This document shows positions 1 through 6,762 of a stretch of DNA of 13,941 nt, piece by piece. This DNA comes from an uncultured bacterium (GTDB lineage: Bacteria; Abyssobacteria; SURF-5). Location: contig CAZEBC010000059.1 of NCBI GenBank assembly GCA_964510165.1, positions 1 to 13,941 on the forward strand, written 5' to 3'. The notes beneath the pieces were generated by a model that was not told the origin of the DNA, did not search any database, and saw only the letters and a list, made by a program, of their open reading frames with translations. The position numbers and the translations under genes were made by a program. Position 1 is the first letter of the stretch. The number at the start of each line of letters is the position of its first letter.

Positions 1-2534
1 GCGTGAAGTATCCGATGAAGCGAGTTGGCGAACGCGGCTCAGGCAAATGGAAGAGAATCTCATGGGATGAGGCCATAGACGAAGTCTGCAACCACCTGCT
101 TGACGCCATGGAGACCGAGGGCCCCGAGTCAATCATTTACGAGCCGGGGCCAGGCAACGGCGGTTGGATACATCTGATAAGCATTTTCCGTCTGTTCAGC
201 GGACTGGGCGCGACGGAACTGGACCTCAACTCCACTATTGGCGACTTCAACAAGGGGGTGTACGAGACATTCGGCAAGTTCCAGTTCTGCGATTCGGTCG
301 ACGGCTGGTTCTTCGGCAAGCTCATCCTCATCTGGCACATGAACCCGGTGTATACCCGAATCCCGTCGTACCACTTCATCTCCGAGGCCCGGTACAACGG
401 GTGCGAGGTCGTCACGATAGCACCCGACTACTCGCCGTCCGCCGTTCACGCCGATCAGTGGCTGCCCATCGAGCCGGGCACCGACGCGGCTCTTGGCCTT
501 GCCATGGCGCAAGTACTCGTATCCGAAGGCACGTATGACAACGCATTCATGAAGGAGCAAACCGACCTACCGCTTCTGGTCAGGAGCGACACGAAGAAAT
601 TCCTGCGCGAGCCCGACCTCACCGGCAGTGGTCGTGAGGACCAAATGTACTTCTGGGACTCCGCTGCCAACGCTCCGGTCAAGGCGCCTCGCGGCACACT
701 CGTGCTCCCGTGCGACCCCGCCCTGGAGGGCAAATTCACGGTGACGTTGAAGGACGGACGTTCCGTGGAGGTACGGCCCGTCTTCGACCTCCTCAAGGAA
801 CTGTTGAACAAGGACTATACGCCGGAGCAGGCCTCCAAGATGTGCAGCGTACATCCGGACGCCATTCGGGACCTTGCCCACAAGGCATGGAAGGCGCGCG
901 GACACGTGCAGATACTTGTCGGCTGGAACTCCTCAAAGTACTATCATGGTGACCTGATGGAGCGCGCCATGTGTCTGCTGCTCGCGCTCACGGGAAGCGT
1001 CGGAAACAAGGGAAGCGGAATTCGCGGATGGAGCGAGTCGCTGTTTGACGGGGCTACCGCCCTCATGATCAGGGAACAGCGCGGCATGGCCACCCTGCTC
1101 CAATACGGCGAATCCCGGCTCGACCGATTCATGCTGAAGTCGCAGGACCCCGAAATCACTGACGAGATCATGCAGCGAGAGATGGAGCGGGCCGCCGACA
1201 GGGAGCGCCTCGGGATGGTGCCGCCCGTGTTCCTCTACTACTTCCACACCAACTATCGCAACACGTGGAACAACAGGGCGTGGAGCTGCCCCACCATGAA
1301 ACGCACCTTCGACGAGTACATGAAGGAGGCGCTCGATAAGGGGTGGTGGGACGGCCTCGTTAGGCCGGCGCCTGACCAGAAGCCTCTCGTCTATTGCTTC
1401 CTGGGCACAAGTCCGGCCAGAAAGAACCGGGGCTGGTTGAAAAACATATACCCGACCCTGTGGAAACAGTACAAATTCATCTTCACGTTCGAGACCCGCT
1501 GGAGCACGACCGCGCTCCTGGCCGACATGGTCCTGCCGGGCGCGGGTTTCTATGAAAAAACCGATACCCGGTTCCCCACCCCGCACGTGCCCTGGTTGAC
1601 ATTGACGGAAAGAGCGGTTACTCCCCTCGGTGAGGCCAAGGAAGAGTGGGAGATCGGCCGGCTGATCGCCGTGAAGGTGCAGGAACTCGCGCAAAAGAGG
1701 GGCAGGACAAAATTCAAGACCCGCTACGGCACCGAGCTGGACATGAGCAAGTTGGTCCAGCGGCAGGTGCTCGGTCGCGCGAGCGGCGACGAGACCCTTG
1801 ATGACGCCCTTAAACTCAGCGCCGTGCTCGGCACCCTGCCGCAGGAAACTACACTGGAAACCCTGCGCCGCGACGGCATCGTCCGCTTCACCAAAGTATC
1901 CAACCTCGACGTGATAGCCAAGCATCTCATGACCGACATCAAGCCGGATGAGCCAATCGTGCCGCTTACCTGGCACACCGGTCCGAAGAAGATCCCGTAT
2001 CCGACGTATAACCGCAGAATCACCTTCTACATAGACCACGACTGGTTCATCGAGGCCGGCGAACAATTGCCCGTCCACAAGGACAACCCGAAGATGGGCG
2101 GCAACTATCCGCTCCGAATGACGAGCGGACACCAACGCTGGAGCATCCATTCGATCTGGATCACCGACGATGTCCTTGCGCGCACTCATCAAGGCCGTCC
2201 GTTCATGTTCATGAACCCGGAGGACGCCAAGAAGCGCGGCATCGAGGACGGCGACCTCGTTCGCGTGCATAACGATTTCGATGATTTCAAGGTGCACGTC
2301 AAACTCACGGCGGCTGCGCGCTCTGAGGAAGGGCCGAGGCCCGGCCAGGTGATTATCTATCATGCGTGGGAACCGTACCAGTTCCCGGGCTGGAAGAGCT
2401 ATGACGCGGCGATACCGGGTCTGATAAAATGGCTTGACCTCGCGGCGGGCTACGGCCATCTGAACTATTACCGATGGAACTGGTGCACCCAGCCGATAGA
2501 CCGCGCGGTTTCGGTCGAGGTCGAGAAGGCATAG
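1..2534 (+). CDS. Molybdopterin oxidoreductase catalytic alpha subunit, DMSO reductase family type II, ethylbenzene dehydrogenase (EbdA)/steroid C25 dehydrogenase-like; 5' end lies outside the window
   Basis: The ORF opens within the conserved VKYPMKRVGERGSGKWKRISWDEA motif, so the GTG at 3 is not the true start and the expected Tat peptide and FS0 motif would lie upstream. Putative Mo-ligand Asp in DLNSTIGD (codon 243-245). Other motifs: NPVYTRIPSYHFISEARYNG, IAPDYSPSAVHAD, EQTDLPLLVR, SSKYYHGDLMER, ADMVLPGAGFYEK, FYIDHDWFIEAGE, HQRWSIHS, MNPEDAKKRGIEDGD. The segments VPPVFLYYFH..WNNRAW..KGWW..RPAPD match my recollection of EbdA-type rather than NarG-type proteins. Stop TAG 2532-2534. Confidence 0.92.
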   Translation, partial: VKYPMKRVGERGSGKWKRISWDEAIDEVCNHLLDAMETEGPESIIYEPGPGNGGWIHLISIFRLFSGLGATELDLNSTIGDFNKGVYETFGKFQFCDSVDGWFFGKLILIWHMNPVYTRIPSYHFISEARYNGCEVVTIAPDYSPSAVHADQWLPIEPGTDAALGLAMAQVLVSEGTYDNAFMKEQTDLPLLVRSDTKKFLREPDLTGSGREDQMYFWDSAANAPVKAPRGTLVLPCDPALEGKFTVTLKDGRSVEVRPVFDLLKELLNKDYTPEQASKMCSVHPDAIRDLAHKAWKARGHVQILVGWNSSKYYHGDLMERAMCLLLALTGSVGNKGSGIRGWSESLFDGATALMIREQRGMATLLQYGESRLDRFMLKSQDPEITDEIMQREMERAADRERLGMVPPVFLYYFHTNYRNTWNNRAWSCPTMKRTFDEYMKEALDKGWWDGLVRPAPDQKPLVYCFLGTSPARKNRGWLKNIYPTLWKQYKFIFTFETRWSTTALLADMVLPGAGFYEKTDTRFPTPHVPWLTLTERAVTPLGEAKEEWEIGRLIAVKVQELAQKRGRTKFKTRYGTELDMSKLVQRQVLGRASGDETLDDALKLSAVLGTLPQETTLETLRRDGIVRFTKVSNLDVIAKHLMTDIKPDEPIVPLTWHTGPKKIPYPTYNRRITFYIDHDWFIEAGEQLPVHKDNPKMGGNYPLRMTSGHQRWSIHSIWITDDVLARTHQGRPFMFMNPEDAKKRGIEDGDLVRVHNDFDDFKVHVKLTAAARSEEGPRPGQVIIYHAWEPYQFPGWKSYDAAIPGLIKWLDLAAGYGHLNYYRWNWCTQPIDRAVSVEVEKA

Positions 2535-2564
2535 GATTTGGGACAACAAGGGGGTCAATCACTC

Positions 2565-3242
2565 ATGGCTGAGAACGCAACGTTAGTCGGACAGATCACG
2601 GCGGCGAAAGTCTCCGCCTCTCGGGAGGAATTGCTCAAGCTGGATTCTCCCGAATGGGCGAAGGCCAAAGAGTACGTCTTGGAGATGGCTGCAACTCCTC
2701 TGGCGAACCAGCCCTCTCCCTACATTAAGGCCACCCGCGATGAGAAGGATATCGGCAAGATACAGAAGGTGAGCCTGAAGGTAGTGCACAATGGCAAAGA
2801 GGTATTTTTCTGCATCAAATGGCAAACTCCGGAAAAGAACCTCGCTATCGGCGACCTCAACACCTTCCCCGACGGCGTCGCGCTCCTTTTCCCGATAAAG
2901 GACGACCCGGATTGCCCGATCAAGGAAATGGGGACGGAGCAGTCCCCCACGAACGCATGGTACTGGAGGGCCGATTTCGAGAACAAGCCCAAAAACCAGA
3001 TCTCACAGGGGCTCTCGACAAGCCTCTATACCGAAACCAGCTCTGTGGTGGCTAACTCCGAATGGAAAGACGGAACATGGACCGTCATTATGGGACGAAC
3101 TCTCGAGGCGCCCGAGGAATCGGCAAAGCTGGCTGCGGGAGCCAAGAAGCCCATCGGCGTGGCCGCGTGGGAAGGAGCCGCCGGCGAGCGAGGCGGTGTG
3201 AAGGCCTTCTCAAAGGAATGGCGGGACCTCGTTCTTGCCTAA
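2565..3242 (+). CDS. Heme b-binding gamma subunit of type II molybdoenzyme (EbdC-like, ethylbenzene dehydrogenase gamma/DOMON-like fold)
   Basis: Motifs VHNGKEVFFCIKW, FPDGVALLFP, PIKEMG (candidate Met ligand, 2928-2930), NAWYWRAD, WKDGTWTVIMGR, AAWEGAAGERGGVKAFS (candidate Lys ligand, 3201-3203). Met/Lys heme ligation is the EbdC hallmark. ATG 2565 is preferred over TTG 2538 because it follows the AAGGGGGT RBS at 2548-2555. No signal peptide or transmembrane segment. Confidence 0.88.
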   Translation: MAENATLVGQITAAKVSASREELLKLDSPEWAKAKEYVLEMAATPLANQPSPYIKATRDEKDIGKIQKVSLKVVHNGKEVFFCIKWQTPEKNLAIGDLNTFPDGVALLFPIKDDPDCPIKEMGTEQSPTNAWYWRADFENKPKNQISQGLSTSLYTETSSVVANSEWKDGTWTVIMGRTLEAPEESAKLAAGAKKPIGVAAWEGAAGERGGVKAFSKEWRDLVLA

Positions 3243-3284
3243 GTCAACTAATGGTCTGCAACCATTGCTATAGGAGACAATGAA

Positions 3285-4412
3285 ATGCCAGTCTTAGAAC
3301 CGACCCCCGAAGACAAGAAGAGAGAGGAAGAATTAGCCAAAGAGTTCCTCGCCATAAAAGATGAGCTGCGTCGGACCAAACGCCAGCTCGTCATGGTGAT
3401 GGACCTCAATAAATGCGTCGGCTGCCAGCTCTGCAGCATGGCCTGCAAGAACACCTGGACCAAGAAAGAGGGCCGGGAATACATGTGGTGGAACACCGTC
3501 AACACCATGCCCGGAAAAGGCACCCCCAAAGACTTCGAAAAAATGGGCGGCGGCTACAAGGTCCTGTTCGAGGGAAGAGTGCGCGAACCCATCCGCGGGC
3601 AGTTGCCGACCCGCAAGGAGTTCGGCGACCTCTGGAAATTCAATCATGAGGAGGTCATCAACACCAAGTGGGGCGACGTCACGCTGACCGCCAAAAACTC
3701 CGACGGCACCACCCCCGATTGGTCCATGAACTGGGACGAGGACCAAGGCGCCATTGGCGTAGCCTACCCAAACAGTTTCTTCTTCTATCTGCCCAGAATA
3801 TGCAACCACTGCACATACCCGCCCTGCGTTGACGCCTGCCCGCGCCATGCCATCTACAAACGTGAAGAGGACGGAATCGTCCTTATCGACCAGGACCGCT
3901 GCAAAGGCTACCGGTTCTGCCTCGAATCCTGCCCGTACAAGAAGATTTACTTCAACTTTGAGAAACTGACCAGCCAGAAGTGCATCTTCTGCTACCCGCG
4001 CATCGAGAAGGGCGTGGCCAACGCATGCGCAAGACAATGCACCGGGCGGGTGAGGTTCGTTGATTACATCGATAACGAAAACGGGCCCGTTCACAAGCTC
4101 GTAAAGAAATGGAAGGTGGCGCTGCCGCTGTTCCCACAGTTCGGCACCGAGCCTAACGTGTATTACGTTCCGCCGCTCGCGCCGCCGAGACTCGACGACG
4201 CAGGCAAGCTCGACAGAACCAAGCCCCGCATTCCGCTGGGGTTCATGGTCCATCTGTTCGGGCCTGAGGTCGAACAGGCGCTGAAACTGCTCGAACAGGA
4301 GATGCAGCGAACCCGGGACGGCGAAAAGTCCGAACTCATGGAAATCCTCATAGCCAAGCGCTGGGGCGAAATGTTCGGACCCTTCGACAAAGACCCGATT
4401 ACTGCTGTCTAG
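3285..4412 (+). CDS. Iron-sulfur beta subunit of type II molybdoenzyme (EbdB/NarH-like; 3x[4Fe-4S] + 1x[3Fe-4S])
   Basis: Four Cys groups: CVGCQLCSMAC, CNHCTYPPCVDACP, CKGYRFCLESCP (one Cys replaced, indicating 3Fe-4S) and CIFCYPRIEKGVANACARQC. Family motifs KRQLVMVMDLNKC, NWDEDQG, FFFYLPRICNHC, KWKVALPL, GTEPNVYYVPP. RBS AGGAG at 3272-3276. Confidence 0.95.
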   Translation: MPVLEPTPEDKKREEELAKEFLAIKDELRRTKRQLVMVMDLNKCVGCQLCSMACKNTWTKKEGREYMWWNTVNTMPGKGTPKDFEKMGGGYKVLFEGRVREPIRGQLPTRKEFGDLWKFNHEEVINTKWGDVTLTAKNSDGTTPDWSMNWDEDQGAIGVAYPNSFFFYLPRICNHCTYPPCVDACPRHAIYKREEDGIVLIDQDRCKGYRFCLESCPYKKIYFNFEKLTSQKCIFCYPRIEKGVANACARQCTGRVRFVDYIDNENGPVHKLVKKWKVALPLFPQFGTEPNVYYVPPLAPPRLDDAGKLDRTKPRIPLGFMVHLFGPEVEQALKLLEQEMQRTRDGEKSELMEILIAKRWGEMFGPFDKDPITAV

Positions 4413-4431
4413 ACAAGGCCAAGACGAAACC

Positions 4432-4461
4432 TGTGGGGGCGGTGCGCGAACCGCCCCTGCA
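4432..4461. repeat. REP-like palindrome (degenerate GTAG-type) between the beta and delta genes
   Basis: TGTGGGGGCGGT-GCGCGA-ACCGCCCCTGCA forms a 12-bp stem (10 Watson-Crick, 2 G-U) with no U-tract; resembles GTAGGGGCGGTTCGCGAACCGCCCCTAC-type REPs. Confidence 0.65.
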
Positions 4462-4480
4462 ATAACATGTAAAGGCAAAA

Positions 4481-5191
4481 ATGAAACCGATTGCCGAGCT
4501 TGAAAATATCGAAGGCCCCGAGCAACATGAGCGGGCGCGACGAAGCCAGATGTACCGGTTCCTGGCTGAATCGTTTCGGTACCCCGATAAGGAATTCCTG
4601 AACATGGCCAGGGACAGCGGCTTCTTGGAGTCCGCCCTCGCCATCCTCCATGACATCCCGTATGAAGTCGCCGTGGAAGAAGGGGCGCTCTCGGGACGCC
4701 TGCTCGAAGGCGTTTCGCAGGATGATTTCGAGGCCGAATTCGTGCGCGTTTTCGAGGCGGGCCCCAAGGGTCCGCTCTGTCCCTTATACGAAGGTCATTA
4801 CGCCGGCAATCGGATGGGCAACATGGAGGAGTTGGTCCGGTTCTATAATCACTTTGGGCTTAGCGTGGCGGAAGCGCCGGAACGAGAATTGCCCGACCAC
4901 ATAACGACCGAGCTCGAGTTCCTGCATTACCTTGCGTTCAAGGAGGTGCTCGCCCTCCAGCGCGGAGAGGACCCTGCGCCGTATTGTTCCGCCGAAATCG
5001 ATTTTCTCAAGCGGCATCCGGCCAAATGGCTGCCCCAACTCCACAAGAAGACTGAAGACGTCTTCCGGGCAAAAATACCCAATCTCTGCGAGCCGGCCCT
5101 CTCGTTCTACTGCTCCCTGCTCGGGTTGTCGGCAAATTTCTGCGAGGCTGACCTCGCGCATCTTCAGCGCCTGTATCCCGACAGGAAATGA
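4481..5191 (+). CDS. Private molybdoenzyme maturation chaperone, TorD/DmsD/NarJ family (EbdD-like delta subunit)
   Basis: RSQMYRFLAESFRYP, CPLYEGHY, FYNHFGL, ELPDHITTELEFLHYL (E-x-x-D-H signature) and FLKRHPAKWLP; located directly after the beta subunit gene. Confidence 0.9.
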   Translation: MKPIAELENIEGPEQHERARRSQMYRFLAESFRYPDKEFLNMARDSGFLESALAILHDIPYEVAVEEGALSGRLLEGVSQDDFEAEFVRVFEAGPKGPLCPLYEGHYAGNRMGNMEELVRFYNHFGLSVAEAPERELPDHITTELEFLHYLAFKEVLALQRGEDPAPYCSAEIDFLKRHPAKWLPQLHKKTEDVFRAKIPNLCEPALSFYCSLLGLSANFCEADLAHLQRLYPDRK

Positions 5192-5207
5192 TTCGGCGAA
5201 CGGCGCC

Positions 5208-5233
5208 GTAAGGGCGGCCCTGCGGGGCCGCCC
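5208..5233. repeat. REP-like palindrome between the chaperone and cytochrome b genes
   Basis: GTAA then GGGCGGCCC-TGCG-GGGCCGCCC: perfect 9-bp stem, 5212-5220 pairing with 5225-5233. Confidence 0.6.
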
Positions 5234-5254
5234 GATCATCGAATATGTGCAGAC

Positions 5255-6016
5255 ATGAAGAAGCTCACAATAAAAGTTACTGAGACCCAGCTATGGCGTT
5301 CCATCTTTCGCCACAAGTTCTCCGACACGCCCCGCAATAGGGCGCTGACGGTCGTATCCAATTTCTTCCTGCATTTGCATCCTCCCAAGGTGCACGTCGT
5401 GGGCCTCAAGATCAGACACACGTTTTGCCTCGGCGGACTCACCTTTTTTATGTTCCTGGTCGAGACCGTCACCGGCGTCTTGCTCATGTTTTATTACAGG
5501 CCAACGGTCGAATACGCCTATCTCGACATGCGCCTGCTCGAGCATGTCGTAAAATTCGGGCCCATCATGCGTAACCTCCACCGCTGGGCGGCGCACGCCA
5601 TGGTGATACTGGTCATGATGCACATGCTCCGCGTATTCCTCACCGGCTCGTACAAGCCCCCCCGCGAGTTCAATTGGGTGGTCGGCGTCATGCTCCTGGT
5701 GCTGACGCTCCTCTTGAGCTTCACCGGATACCTCCTGCCCTGGGACCAGCTTTCCTTCTGGGCCATAACGGTCGGCACGCGCATGGGCGGCGCCACACCG
5801 TTCCTCGGGGCGGAAGGCCCGTTCCATTCCCTTCTGGGAATCGGCCCCGACAACGACATCCGCTTCCTCCTTCTTGGAGACACGGCCGTCGGGGAAAACG
5901 CCCTGCTCAGGTTTTACGTGCTCCATTGTATTCTGCTTCCCTTGGCGGCAACCGTACTGGTATTCGTTCATTTTTGGCGGGTGAGAAAAGATGGCGGTAT
6001 CTCGCATCCACTCTGA
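5255..6016 (+). CDS. petB: Cytochrome b6-type (short, N-terminal cytochrome b) subunit of a Rieske/cytb-family complex
   Basis: [12 protein letters not shown]; heme b His pairs in [23 protein letters not shown] and [54 protein letters not shown] carries the b6-type heme ci Cys (5426-5428). The C-terminus [10 protein letters not shown]-stop resembles the b6 ending RKQGISGPL. Confidence 0.92.
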   Translation: MKKLTIKVTETQLWRSIFRHKFSDTPRNRALTVVSNFFLHLHPPKVHVVGLKIRHTFCLGGLTFFMFLVETVTGVLLMFYYRPTVEYAYLDMRLLEHVVKFGPIMRNLHRWAAHAMVILVMMHMLRVFLTGSYKPPREFNWVVGVMLLVLTLLLSFTGYLLPWDQLSFWAITVGTRMGGATPFLGAEGPFHSLLGIGPDNDIRFLLLGDTAVGENALLRFYVLHCILLPLAATVLVFVHFWRVRKDGGISHPL

Positions 6017-6740
6017 GCTTAAGGAACAGCCATCCCAGGCTCGCGAGAAAAGGCTCGATGCGGACTACGAATTTGTGATGCCGCATCTCGTCATGATGGA
6101 GCTTATCGCAGCCATTCTGGCCAGCATTGTCCTTCTCGTGTGGTCAATGACGGTCAACGCGCCGCTCCTCAGCATCGCCGATCCCAACAAGACGGAAAAC
6201 CCCGCGAAGGCCCCCTGGTATTTCGTCGGTTTGCAGGAACTGCTCGTGTACTTCGACCCGTGGATCGCGGGTGTCGTGATACCGCTCCTCATAATCGCAG
6301 GCCTTATGCTGATCCCCTACCTCGACGTGAATAAGGCAGGAGTCGGAACCTATACATTCAAGAAACGAAAAGCGGAGGTCTCAAACTATATCTTTGGGTT
6401 CGCCTTGTGGATTATTCTGATACTGGTCGGCCAATTCCTGCGAGGCCCCAACTGGCAGTTCTACTGGTTATGGGAAGACTGGTCCGTCGCGAAGAGCGCC
6501 GAGGAAACCCTCGTGAATTTCCCGCTGTGGGCGGGCATCACATTCCTCGCCCTCTATTTCGGTCTGGGACTGAGCCTGCCAGCCCTCATTTGGAAAGGAC
6601 TGCACAGAAAGATGGGCACGGCCAGGTATGTGATCGCCTTTACATTGGTTCTTCTTATGTATGGAGTCGTCATAAAGATTTTCTTGCGACTTGCATTCCA
6701 CATACGCTACATCCTGGCTACTCCTTGGTTCAATATTTGA
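5991..6740 (+). CDS. petD: Cytochrome b6 subunit IV-like protein (C-terminal half of cytochrome b), extended to about 5 transmembrane helices
   Basis: PHLVMMEL..., [35 protein letters not shown] (aligns with subunit IV ADP..TP..I.PEWYF) and LIPYLD. Five hydrophobic segments by eye. The ATG at 5991 overlaps the cytochrome b gene by 26 nt; the start could alternatively be near 6075-6078. Confidence 0.8.
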   Translation: MAVSRIHSELKEQPSQAREKRLDADYEFVMPHLVMMELIAAILASIVLLVWSMTVNAPLLSIADPNKTENPAKAPWYFVGLQELLVYFDPWIAGVVIPLLIIAGLMLIPYLDVNKAGVGTYTFKKRKAEVSNYIFGFALWIILILVGQFLRGPNWQFYWLWEDWSVAKSAEETLVNFPLWAGITFLALYFGLGLSLPALIWKGLHRKMGTARYVIAFTLVLLMYGVVIKIFLRLAFHIRYILATPWFNI

Positions 6741-6762
6741 CTGAAGTGCGCCGGAGTCATTT

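Noticed and set aside
3-5. GTG as start codon of the alpha subunit
   Set aside because: It falls inside a conserved internal motif; the gene is cut by the window edge and there is no sign it is a pseudogene.
933-2558. 541-aa minus-strand ORF, and similar antisense ORFs at 3333-4478, 5291-6007, 7522-8880 and 12407-13093
   Set aside because: They lie antisense to well-supported genes and have no recognisable motifs; such shadow ORFs are expected from codon bias in GC-rich DNA.
3250-3266. Small hairpin AATGGT-CTGCA-ACCATT before the beta RBS
   Set aside because: Only 6 AT-rich base pairs; could easily arise by chance.
4432-4461. Intrinsic terminators at the GC-rich hairpins (also 5212, 8986, 12182)
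   Set aside because: None has a convincing adjacent U-tract on the + strand; they are better explained as REP/BoxC-like repeats.
1-5191. Respiratory nitrate reductase (narGHJI) or nitrite oxidoreductase call
   Set aside because: There is no NarI-type membrane subunit, the beta subunit is short (375 aa), the gamma subunit is the soluble Met/Lys heme type, and alpha segments resemble EbdA. A phylogeny is still needed to exclude other type II reductases formally.
5255-6740. Frameshifted (pseudogene) full-length cytochrome b
   Set aside because: The first ORF ends at the natural b6 C-terminus (GISHPL) and the second has a subunit IV-like N-terminus, so the split is the normal b6/subunit IV organisation.
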